A DNA stretch of 64,000 nt from Gekko japonicus (taxonomy: Eukaryota), in NCBI RefSeq assembly GCF_001447785.1, contig NW_015164198.1:202828-266827 (forward strand), given 5' to 3'. The translations under genes and the position numbers were made by a program. The notes under the pieces were generated by a model. It was given only the letters and a program-made list of their open reading frames with translations, did no database searches and had not been told where the DNA came from. Below, piece after piece: positions 1 to 11,169 of this stretch. Position 1 is the first letter of the stretch. Every line of letters starts with the position of its first letter.

Positions 1-260
1 CGGTAAGGGCAAACAAGATAAAGGGATTTGAACCAGGTACAGGACCAATGGGGCACTTTCCCGCTGGCGGGTGAAAGGAAACGGTTACGCGCTCATTCCC
101 TGAGAACCAAGCTATCTCCAGACATAATACAGGTGCAGTTCCCAGGCTCTAAAAGCAACAAGCTGGCAGTAAAGCATACTCCCCCAATACATCCTCCAGT
201 TGTTTGGCTTAGGCATTACAGCAGAGTAAAATACAGGCGTACAGGCGGGGGGGGGGGGGG

Positions 261-1192
261 TGATGGAATCAATATATTTGAAGGATAAGAAACAAGGGTT
301 TAATAATAAATTAACTGAACTGGAAGAAATTGTTTTAACAGCAGAAAATAAAGTGATAAAGAAAATATACAAGGTTTTATTGGATGACATGATGGTGGAT
401 GAAATAGTGAAAAAATATATGATTGTATGGGCCCAGAATATAAGCTATAATATTAATTTAGAAGAGTGGGAGCAGATTTGGCTGAAGAAAGAAAATTAAC
501 TAATGCTGTGTCATATAAAGAGAACATGTATAAGATGTTTTATAGATGGTATATTACACCAGATAGATTAGCTAATCAAAATAGTAACTGCTCTGATAAA
601 TGCTGGAAATGTAAAAATAAGATTGGCTCTTTTTATCACATGTGGTGGCTATGTGATGTTACAAAGAGGTATTGGAGATGGATTCATGAGATAATGGAAA
701 AAATAACAAGAACTAATATCCCGTTTACTCCAGAGATACTGTTATTGAATATATTTCCGAAAGACTTTGAGAAAGCAGATAGGTATTTGATAGTTCATGT
801 CGACAGCTGCAAGGATAGTATATGCCAAATATTGGAAAATAAGAGAAATACCAACAAAACAAGAGTACATGAGTAAACTATTTGAAACAGCGGAAAATGA
901 CAAACTGACACTTGAGATGAGAGCCGGCACAGAATGGACTTTTCAAAAAACTTGGAAGAGATTCTATGATTGGTATAATGTAAACACAACTGATAGATAA
1001 ATGTAGTAATTTGAGAATGCAGAAAAGATAAGTTTAGTAAAACAGATAATGAATTTAGAAATTTAATAAGCAGAAGAAGTGATAAAAGTCTCTTGTTATA
1101 TGTTGTTGGGGGTAGTTGGGTGTTGTTTGTATGTATGTCTAGTATATAATGAAAAAAATAATAAAAAGTGTACCCTCGGGTACTTAAAAAAA
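261..1192 (+). mobile_element. L1/Tx1-clade LINE, 3' end of ORF2 (frameshifted) plus 3' UTR and A-tail
   Basis: ORFs 260-499, 466-876 and 797-1000 join into an ORF2 C-terminus: YKMFYRWYITPDRL...CWKC...FYHMWWLC (CCHC knuckle)...AARIVYAKYWK...FQKTWKRF. AATAAA at ~1159 and A-rich tail at ~1186-1192. Confidence 0.9.
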
Positions 1193-2898
1193 GAAGAAGA
1201 AGGCAGGAACGAACAGTAAAATTCCCAAAATCTTTCTCTCTACATAGACCAGGGATCACTCCTCTTCCAAGAGCTATTTCTTTTTTCACTGGGCAGGGAT
1301 TACTTCTCTTAATGAAAAGCATTTTCCCTTTTCAGCTTGAAGGGGGATACTCATTGATCCACGGACTCCTTCTGCCCCTTTCCCAGTCCACAGTCAATGC
1401 TAAACTCTCTTCTTCAACTTTCAGTTCCCAACTGTCATTTCTTAACTGATGCTCTCCACAGAATTCCATTTGAACAGCCTGTCACTCAAAGGTTCTTGAA
1501 CTCCGTGAAGCATTAACCCTTGACAGTTCATCACAGTGGGCATCCCCATTACTCAGGCAATCAAACCTTGCTACACTCTGCTGGCAGTTTTCTTCCTCCA
1601 AGAGATGACCAAAATATTCAATAAAGAGGTCACCAAGAGGAATGCATTATCATTAACATTGGAATTAAATATTTGCCATTGAATATTGCTAAAATATTAG
1701 TCCCCTTACATGAAAGAATATAGTATCTCAATGACTGAAATGATATAAGCCAGAATTATTTCCAAAATGGGGATGTGAGATGGAAAATTCATTTTTTTTT
1801 ACAGGTAGTATTAGGTCTATCAGCTAGGGTGTTGCTTTAAAAAAAGATTTTGAGAAGCAACCATTGTTGGCAGAACTAGAAGGAAAATGGAATGTCATGA
1901 AATATCCTGTAGTACTGCTCAATAATTAATACTCTTGGAACAAGATGATAGTGGCAATAAAAAGACTTGAGGCCGTTTCAGCTGGATGTTACCCATAATG
2001 ATTACTCTCTAGAGAGAAGAATAAATGAAAGCGGCATGTTTTTCTTGGACTGGGGCACACTCCTTCAGTATGGGTTGCAGATTGCCCATTTCTCAGTTGT
2101 TCCTCCAAATGAACAGCTAAAATTCCCCTGTTGTTGAGAATTGCCCAAAGCAAATGAGAAATCTTTACTGTTGCCATTTTCCTTGCATATAGTGCTAAAA
2201 ACAAGCTGTTGCATTCTCCTTGCCTGTGATGGGAGGAATGGTTAAGCTCTAGAGTATGTGATTGTCCTCTGGAGAACTCTATTCTTAGAAGAACTTCATC
2301 CTGATGCAAGTTCGCTCTGGCTGCAGTTCAGGGATTTAACTGCTAGCAACTTTCAAAGTGTTCTTCCCTTCTCGCTTTTAGCCCATCTCCAAAAATGTTC
2401 TGTGTCAGCAGCAGAAGACCAGGAGAGACAGGCCTTCCTTACATGGCAAACAGCTCCAGTGGCTTGTTCAAACTCAGGAACAGCCACAATTCTTATTCAC
2501 ATGACCCCTGGGGTGACGCTGTAATGAACTGGTACATGTATTTGGGCACATTAATATTAACATCCCAAACATGATAGTTACTGGGGAACAATAAGAGCAG
2601 TGGCAAGAGCATGAATGGGGAGAATTCAGACAAAAATAACTCACCCATAAAATGATGCCATGGGAGATTAAAATGTGAAACAGACAAACTTAACACTATG
2701 CTGCCCCAAGTTTCAGTTCTCTGCTGCTGATCCACAGAACTCAATGGGCACTTCGATTTATTTCTATTATCATTATGACTGTGGTTTCCTATATCCAAGA
2801 TCAGAACTGGTATTCATCCAGAATTGCCGTTTTGAATTTCATAATGAATTTTGGAGTTCCAAACTACTGTCATTTCTCAAGTGTAACTGAAGCATTCA

Positions 2899-3291
2899 GG
2901 GGGTCCCCAGGGGGAAGCCCTGCCCCCAACACCCACACCACCCCTCTCTTTCCCTTTAAGTGTGTGGAACCCGTGTTTCCTCCCAAGCCTGTGTTTTCTC
3001 CCAAGCCCGATCTCCACTTGAGATCAGGCTTGCAAGGAAATGCCAGCTTTGTGCTCTTAAAAGGGAAACGCGGCTGCTCTTAAAGGGGAAATGCCGGCTC
3101 CTGCATTTGAAAGGGAAACACCAGCTCCTTTAAGTGCAGGGAACTGCTGTTTCTGGAGATCTGACTCGCGGGCGGGAGGGGGGCGGGCGGATATCCCCAA
3201 CGTGATGTCATCACATCGGGGATGCCCCTCCCCCTCCAGGAACGCCCCCAAAGTCCCCCGCTGGTGGTGGAAAATGGACTTGGCAACCCTA
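2899..3291. mobile_element. Non-autonomous hAT-like element (TAGGGTTGCC-terminus family), left end lost
   Basis: GC-rich block ending TGGCAACCCTA (3281-3291), the same terminus as the TSD-flanked copy at 26889-27288. Confidence 0.6.
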
Positions 3292-5386
3292 CATTCATAC
3301 AAGAAGCTTCCATTGCTCCTTGGGAGGGGGGGAGGTAGATCCTTCAGATCAGTTCCACTAATGATGGCATATTCATCAACATATTCATCTGGTGCATGGA
3401 ACTTTTTCCTGATGTGATGGACATGATTTTTGCATCAGGGAAGAGTCCTCTTCTAGTAGAACAGGTCGTCGGGAGCCGTGCCAGGGGCTGGCATGGTGTT
3501 TTCCTTAGGAAAGTTCTCAAAATGCAAAGTGGCATAAAAGTGAGGAATGAAATGGAGAATTGTAGCAACCCAACTTATAGTAAATCAGTTGTACAACCAA
3601 TTGTGGTAAACTGACGTTTCGGTCCACTTTATGAATCAAATTTGTCTTCTCTGTTCTTGAAAACTACTTTCATGTGGATTCAGCTATGCAGTTATACTTA
3701 CCCCTTAAGAATAGACAAACCTATGTTTTTATAAAAGGAAATACATTTTTTAAACAATTGTTATGCCTCTCCCTGCATTTTATGGCACATTACCTCACTT
3801 TAAGACAATTTATGTAGTATGTTTCAGACTATAAAGTGATGCAACGCATCACGGAATGAAGTTGGAACGGTAAATCAATGATATTTTGTAGTTTCCAAAC
3901 AGATGTTCTTTTTTTTTTTAAAGCATGAAGTTGAGATTCATTTTTTCCACCACAAGTGGCACACCTGGTTCTAAATTATTCTGTTATCAGAAGGTATGTG
4001 TGTGTATGGGTGCACATATATCTGAGCTATCAGTTCGGAAGAGAATGAAAGGGAGTTTTGAACCAACGGCAGTAAATCAAACAGCACACATAATTCTTTA
4101 TTAAAATTGGACAGCAAATACAGAGCCAAACTTAAAACCTAATGAAGACAAACTCGTAAGTATAGTTGATAGGCTTTAAATAATGGCCTTGCACTACATC
4201 ATTAAGCAGAGTTTGGCTGGAACATCATTATATATGATTTAAAACATTGATTCAATATGGCCCGAAGAACTGATGGGCCTTATCTCAGGATTTTGTTTCC
4301 TGTGCCACGAAAACAAAAAACGTTAGCTTTAGGGGTATTTTTTTTATTTATTTCTGGCCCTTGCCAATTGCCAGAGAAAAGAAACCCAATGTGACAGAAA
4401 GCAGTCCTTTTACGATTCTCATTCACTTTTCTCCCATCTCTGGTTAAATGTTGTTCACATCATCCAGATATGATTTTGTTGCCTCCAAAGTGGCAGTGTT
4501 GTTGACTTTCACGTCCTCATGTTATACACAAGAGTGGGCATCCGCTGCTGAGCTCCGCAGACAGCAAAAAAAGAGGTCTGCCTGCCAAGCTGCTAATCAA
4601 CTCAGTTCAACAACTGATATTAGTTAGGGAACTAGTGGATTAGAACCGCGTATTTGCAAAATGTCAGATGTGTTTGCTCTGTGATGGCAAGAGCTACAAA
4701 TGAGAAAGATGAAACATCAATTTGTGTCCTGAGGGGGGAGGGAAGCAGATAATCCAGTCAACAATTTGCGTTAGAAGCAAATGGCCTAATATAATAATGT
4801 TGACGTGGGAAGAATAAATCTGACAAAGATAAAAGGTCAACTTCACCGGTATTGCTACAACTGCTGTCGCAGACACGCTTACTCAAGACTAAGGCTGATG
4901 GAAGTTAGCAGGGCTTACTTATAAGTAAAGTGGAAAGCTGTGACTTTTTCTGCATAATGGTGTAGGCATTTTCTCTGCTTTGTTCCTCCTTTTAAGGGAT
5001 GTCCTTCCCCTATTGTATTCTATATAGCTCGTGTTTTAGGGATGTTCTTTTCTCTTTGAAACAAGAGAATTATAATGGCCACTATCATTACAATAATCTG
5101 TCACATTTTTATCAGTCAGAGAGAGGCATACTTATAAATGAGTTAGCTGTTTAAGTTGATTAACTAGTATCTCACCCTCTGATCATCAGTTTCTAGTGAT
5201 TTCTAAGTTAATGAAGGGCTATTTTATATTCCAGATGGTCATCTTCCGCTTTTGGATGTTTTCCTGCATCTCCTGCTTCCCCCTCACATCTCTACCTTAA
5301 AAAGAGCTTTAGAAGGCACTTAACCATTTCCCAAGCAGTCCAGGAGCAGGGCTACGTAGTTTGGTTTCCTTTGGAGGACAAAGCAC

Positions 5387-5593
5387 CAGGGGTCATTTGG
5401 GGGGGACGCGGGGGGACGCCATCCCCCCGGTGAGGTGCAGGAGGGCGGGACCTGGAGCTCCCTGCTGGTGCCCGCTGGAGGTCGCCGCCGGCTGTGGGGA
5501 GGACACACTTCCAGTGATGTCAGGGGGTGTGGCATATGCTAATGAGTTAAGCTAATGAGTCCCCCTAGCTCTTTTTCTACGAAATGACCCCTG
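5387..5593 (+). mobile_element. hAT MITE, family A (CAGGGGTCATTT TIR), internally deleted copy
   Basis: TIR CAGGGGTCATTT...AAATGACCCCTG; 8-bp TSD CAAAGCAC at 5379-5386 and 5594-5601. Confidence 0.92.
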
Positions 5594-6049
5594 CAAAGCA
5601 CTAAAGACATATACTGTCTTTGTAGTGTTTGTTTCATTTACAAAGCCATAAGCAGAGCACAGATGGAAACAAAGGGGTCCTCCCTGAAGGGAGGCAAATC
5701 CACCATACCACATTATATTCCCGAAAAAGAGGGATCCAGACACCCAAGATGGTTCAGTTTTAGCCAACTCACAATGTGCTCACTCAGTTTTCTTCCTCCA
5801 TTCCTCCCTTCCCATCTCTTAGCATTATTTTTTCCAGTCAACAAGTTCTCTCAGCTGGAGGGTTGTGCCTTCTCCAAGCTCCAAAGCCCTATCAGAAGAC
5901 TATTTCCATCCTGACAATTAGTAATGATTGTTATAACTTCCAGACATTTTAAAGCACAGTAACATTCTGTATTAACTTCCATGACTTCACTGTATGCCAC
6001 TCTAGGAAAACTCATATGTGAAGACTCATTCAAAGTATCCCAGTGGCAA

Positions 6050-6220
6050 GCCCAATCTCATCAGATCTCAGAAACTAAGCAAGGCCAACCCTGGCAGGTA
6101 CTTGGATGGGAGACCTCCAAGGAATACCAGGGTCGGGACTCTCTGAAATATCCAAGCCAAACTAAGGGTCACCAGAAGTCAAACCATGACTTCCAGGCAC
6201 ACACACACACACACACACAC
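6050..6220 (+). mobile_element. 5S rRNA-derived SINE with BovB-like tail and (CA)n end
   Basis: GCCCAATCTCATCAGATCTCAGAAACTAAGCAAGG...GTACTTGGATGGGAGACC...GGAATACCAGGGT aligns by eye to 5S rRNA boxes A/IE/C, followed by GGGTCACCAGAAGTC and (CA)n. Confidence 0.75.
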
Positions 6221-6280
6221 TTTAAAAAAGTATTCCTATAGTAATCCCACAACAGTATTTTCCTCTATTGCTTGACACAG

Positions 6281-6465
6281 GCTGCGGTCACACGGAGCAT
6301 CAGGTACGCTAGAGAGATGGAAGATAGGCGGATTTTCCGGGCGCGATCTCACCGCCACATCTGGGAAGCATAGAGCTCCCGTGGTGAACCCGAGGCTTCC
6401 CGCCAAAGATACGCAGTTAAAAACTAGTACCTCGGAGGTACTAGTTTCCGGTAACCGCGGGGCAG
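6281..6465 (+). mobile_element. Harbinger-like MITE fragment related to 7761-8201, abutting a solo LTR
   Basis: Starts GGCTGCGGTCACACG and shares GGGCGCGATC...ACATCTGGGAAGC with the 7761 copy. Internal palindrome AAACTAGTACCTC-G-GAGGTACTAGTTT at 6421-6447. Confidence 0.55.
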
Positions 6466-6470
6466 GCACT

Positions 6471-6927
6471 TGTCAGGTCCAAAAGCAAACAATGTAGTAC
6501 ACACTTATAAGAAGGTTTTACTTTATTGAAGCCATGGAGCACTTGAACAGAAGCACTGTTCAGAATAACGTTAGCTCAGTGAGCTGGGAAGGTTAAAGCA
6601 AGTTCATAATTACTACAGCCAATAAACATGGTTCCCCCGCGCGCCTAGCAAGCGTTTTGCGCACCCAAACCCTTGGGAAAGCAACTGCTACTTTATTATC
6701 AATAAAATACGTTTCTCACAGTTTCTACTAATTAAAGACAAAGCAAAGCTCTTGCTCTCTTCCACCTGTGATCTTGGATAGATAACATTATAGCAAAGCA
6801 TGGCTGGCGTAGAATGCAGAGTTACTAGGGGAATATGCGCATGACAAGTTGAGCGCATCGATGGAGGGGGGAATACAGAGAGAGAGGATCATAGAGACAA
6901 GAATAAACATTTGGCAGCTTGCTGACA
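6471..6927. mobile_element. Solo LTR
   Basis: TGTCAG...CTGACA termini; 5-bp TSD GCACT at 6466-6470 and 6928-6932; AATAAA motifs on both strands. Confidence 0.8.
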
Positions 6928-7185
6928 GCACTTCCTGTTGGCAAGGGCACCCATTACCCTCTTTCTTTAGTATCTCACTGAAATTAAGAGTGTGGTCCTC
7001 CAAGCACATCACTACATGAATCACTGTGTAGAGTTGCCATTGAGGCTGGTATGTTTCTTTTTTGAAAAGGTCATTTTTCTAAAAGAAAAATACAAATCTC
7101 GTGCCTTCTAACTATTGATTACTCTGTGCCTCTAGTCTTGGACCAGCGTAGCTATTTTACAGGAAGAACTGATTTACTGAGTTAT

Positions 7186-7371
7186 AGAGTTGCCAACCTC
7201 CAAGTAGTGCCTGGAGATCTCATGAAACTACAACCATTCCCCTGGAGAAAATGGAGGCTCAGTTCTATAGAATTATAGCTGGTTGAGGTCCCTTCCTTTC
7301 CCAAACCCCACCTTCTCCAGACTTCACCCCCAAATAGCCAGGAATTTTCCAACCCGGAGTTGTCGACCCAA
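7186..7371. mobile_element. Degenerate TAGGGTTGCC-family hAT-like MITE
   Basis: TAGAGTTGCCAACCTCC start; internal similarity (reverse orientation) to 20894-21111. Confidence 0.55.
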
Positions 7372-7760
7372 CTGATTTACCAGTTTGGTAGAAAAAGGAA
7401 AAAATTCCTAATATGTGTGGACCAGTTTAGTGAAGGAAGAGAGGAAACTGGTAGACATTTGGAAGGATTGAATGAAACCCTCGAAAGCTCTCAAAAATGA
7501 GGAATAACATCTGCTATCACATAGCTCATGTGAGAAGAACTGATTAGTTAAAATGTGCTTGTAGGAGGCTTTTCAAGTAGGAATGAAACACAGATCTAAA
7601 TCAGCAGGGCATCATTTTTCCCCCAAGCAAAGCTCATGCACAAAATTATCTGAAACTAATCTGAAGTTGTTTTGTTCCTGAAGTCACGTACTTAGCACAT
7701 CGACCACAGTCTTTCTCTTTTACTCTCGGTGTCATTCAAGGCCCATTTTTGGTTAATAAT

Positions 7761-8201
7761 GGCCCCGGTCACATGAGAGGTTTTGGGCCGGGAGAGGGAT
7801 GGATTGGGGGTGCAGCAAACGGGCGCGATCCCACTGCAACATCTGGGAAGCGTTGCGCACCCGTCCTCGATCCGGCCCTTCCGCCCAAAACACCGCAGCA
7901 AAAATAAACCACCTACCGAGGTGATTCTTCCGGCAATTCCGCATCAAGGCCGGCTGTGGGATCGCTGGCGCGTCCTTCCGCCGGTGCATCCCCGGCTCCT
8001 GGCTGAACTGCGCATGCTCACACATGCTCACACATGCTCACACATGCGCAGTTCGGCAGCCTCCCCCTCCCGACCGTGGCTTCCTCCCCAGCATCTGATC
8101 GTGCCAGGGGGCAACGGCGCCGCGGCTCAGAGGATCTATTTTGGTGCGGCTCTGATTAGCCACACTTCGCCTGTTTTTTATTCTGCCGTGTGGCAGGGAC
8201 C
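7761..8201 (+). mobile_element. PIF/Harbinger-like MITE, family B
   Basis: Imperfect TIR GGCCCCGGTCACA...TGTGGCAGGGACC; 3-bp TSD AAT; CpG-rich; inverted homolog at 20339-20784; 10-bp unit CATGCTCACA repeated at ~8013-8046. Confidence 0.82.
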
Positions 8202-8962
8202 AATCTTGGCTGAATGACCTCTCAGATGTACTTACGCTGCAAAAAGTACAAGAGCGTGTCCACTGTCTGCCGCTTCCTCAAATTTTTATCAACAGTGTGC
8301 TGAAAGCATAGTTGGAGTATATTAGACTTACCTTGTTGTACACTGTGGTGGACAACCTCCTGCCACCATGCTCTGGCCCTCGTTTTCATGAAATAGAACA
8401 ATGGAAGCTCAAATGGAGGGAATGGAAAGCATTGCACAACACTCTAGGAGTAACCCCAGTCTCCATGGGGTTTGCCATAGGGGGATTCTTAGAGTATCAC
8501 GTGACACCATTTCCCCCAGCCCTGCCCCTCAATTGACCCCATCTCAAAATGCTCCTGGCTGGCAAACCCTAGAAGAATATAAATAATGGTGAGAAAGAGG
8601 TCCCTGAGAAATCCCCCAAGCACTTTGACTGGGGTTCACATCCTAATATATATTTGATGTTGAGCTGGTGGAGTAACATTTGCACCCAAATTTACATACA
8701 TCAGGACTTAACATAAACTGTTGCAAACAGGAACATTAGCTTGGCTGTCAAAACCAGGGGGGGGGGGCAGAATGAATGGATGAAACTCATAAAATATAAT
8801 TCCATGGAATGCAGACTGTGGACAATTCTGAAATGGAGCACTTCCCAGAGACCAATGGGTTATGCCTTAAAGACTTTCACATTGATAGCCGTCTTCAAAG
8901 TATTTGGGGAGCTGTGCAGGAGGGCCCAATTTGGGTATGCAGACTATGAATAGATTGAAAAC

Positions 8963-9433
8963 CAGAGGTGATTTCGGGGGGGGGGGATCGCAGGGGATCG
9001 CAGTTCCCCCGGGTGAGGTACAGGGGCAGGGCACATGACGAAGCCCCGCCCCCTGCTTCTGGCCGCCCCGCTTCCGGCCCTCATTCAGCCAGGAGGAGGC
9101 AGGAGAAGAGGGAGGGTAAGTTGCTTCCTCCCTGCCTCTCCCCACCCCTGCCTGCCTGGGGCCAGGGAGGGCCTTCACAGGGCTTCCTTGCACTCCCGCC
9201 GGCCTTGCAGGTCCACCGCTGGGCCCCTCATGGGGCTTGGCAGTGGAGCTGCAAGGCCGGTGACGGCGGCCGGAACCATTGGGGGCGGGTGTGTGTGGCC
9301 TTATGACACACTTCCGGTGATGTCAGGGGGTGTAGCCTTATGACACACTTCCGGTGATGTCAGGGGGTGTGGCATATGCTAATGAGTTATGCTAATGAGT
9401 CCCCCTAGCTCTTTTTGTACGAAACAACCCCTG
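8963..9433 (+). mobile_element. hAT MITE, family A (longest copy)
   Basis: TIR CAGAGGTGATTTC...GAAACAACCCCTG; 8-bp TSD TTGAAAAC at 8955-8962 and 9434-9441; internal 37-bp tandem duplication at ~9299-9372. Confidence 0.92.
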
Positions 9434-9581
9434 TTGAAAACCTTTATGCCTTGGCATGTGCCACAGATACTAGAGATGCACTCAAGCCTCTAGAGTGTAG
9501 TACACCATATAGGTGTCTAGTACACCCCAACATGAAAGTGAAACTCAAGCTAGGTTGATACAGAACCTAAAATAGTTCATT

Positions 9582-9688
9582 CAGGTGGGTAGCCATGTTG
9601 GTCTGAAGTAGCAGGACCAATTTCGAGTCCAGTGGCACCTTTAAGACCAACAAAATTGGCCAATGGACTCAAACTTTATTCTGCTACC
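9582..9688. mobile_element. Penelope-like terminal-repeat remnant in fold-back arrangement
   Basis: GGGTAGCCATGTTGGTCTG...GAGTCCAGTGGCACCTTTAAGACCAAC; 9608-9636 is an imperfect inverted repeat of 9659-9687; reverse-complement homolog of 17470-17547. Confidence 0.6.
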
Positions 9689-11169
9689 ATAGTTCAGTGA
9701 CTCCTGGCCCTATCATATTGCAGCAAATCAAGCACAGCCAGGCATCAAATTTACTACCAGTAGAAATCCTAAGCAAAATGTTGGTTGTGCTTGAAATAAT
9801 GATTAATGGTGCTATTCTAATGGTCCTACCCTAAACAAACTTAGATCCTTCTGAGGGCGTAACGTCTCTTAGGATGGCACTGTAAATAAATCTCATCGCT
9901 TCTTGAACAGGGAGCAAATATTGACTTACAGGATTCCAAAGATATTACTCTACTTTTTATAGGAAGAGCAAAGAACAAAGCTTAAGAAGGATGAATGTTC
10001 TTTAATTGGTGGAAGGTTTTGGCATATTCATTGATCCTAGGAAGTGTTACAATTGTCATGATCAAATGCCACAGTATTTCACGTGCACATCAACTTTACA
10101 AGCCTAGACTAAATAACTTGTAAACATTATTCTTTGTAATTTATATTCAGCTTGACTGTGTGACTATTCCATAAGGTGGAGTAAAAATGCTGCACTTTCC
10201 ACCATGTGATTAATGTCAGTGCAGAACACCTAAAAAGCCGTTTATCACTAGTCATTCCTTGACACCAGATAAAGCCTGTTTGTCTAGAAGTGTTCTCAAA
10301 TATACTTGTATAAACAGTTTGTAATACATAAAGAACGGTCTTCAGCATAAGTCTGAAAGCAGAATGTATGCTTTATTCATCAGATGAGAAATACTGTATT
10401 TTCCCAAGAGAGCATGACTGTATAATTTATTTTATTTACATGAGGATGACTCTATAGCGTCAAACGTCAAGGTTCAATGGGGAAAAGCAAGGGTAGCAGG
10501 GAAAGCTTTCAACAGAGATTGCAGATGTTCTGGTTTAATGCAATGTAGCCTTCTAAAAGGACAAAAAATATTCAGTGGGCCTTACGTAATCCTGGCAGCG
10601 GCTCATTCAAATAAATGTGGTGTAACAACAAGGGATCCATCTGACACCAAGCAATGATAAAGACCAAAAAACTGTAATTTGGAGAAAAATACTGAAAAAA
10701 AGAAAAAATAAGACTCCACTGTAAACATGTTTTACACATTTAGAAGCCATAAAAATGTGCTAGGATTTATAGGAATCCTGTGGTTCTTACACAAGTAAAA
10801 GTAAATGGGGGACAATACATTGTAAGTTCTCCCGTACTGACTCCATACTATTAGTATCATTGCCGTTACTTGCCATTACAAAGGGAAAGACAGTGAGAAA
10901 AGGGAAGGAGAGAGAGACTACTAAAGGTAACAGGAGAATATATGTGAATGGCAACACAAATATTCCAGTTCTAAATTTATTTATTTTTAAATTATCCACT
11001 ATAAACTATAATATATAGGAATGGAATCCAGGACTGAGCAATCCCACAGACCAATCAAGGAACAGAATAGGTAAAACCCACTCATCTGTGTGCAAATTAA
11101 TGATTTGGTGCTTTAAAGGGGGAATGGTAAGCAACAGCAAGGATGACTTTATGGAGGATGGGAATGGCA

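Noticed and set aside
6050-6135. 5S rRNA gene
   Set aside because: Diverged, lacks the 5S 5' and 3' ends and terminator, and runs into a retroposon tail; it is a SINE head.
7692-9343. GC-rich ORFs and CpG-island-like segments (also 17774-18085, 20298-20948, 38121-38826)
   Set aside because: They lie within GC-rich MITEs or ITRs where stop codons are rare; not host promoters or genes.
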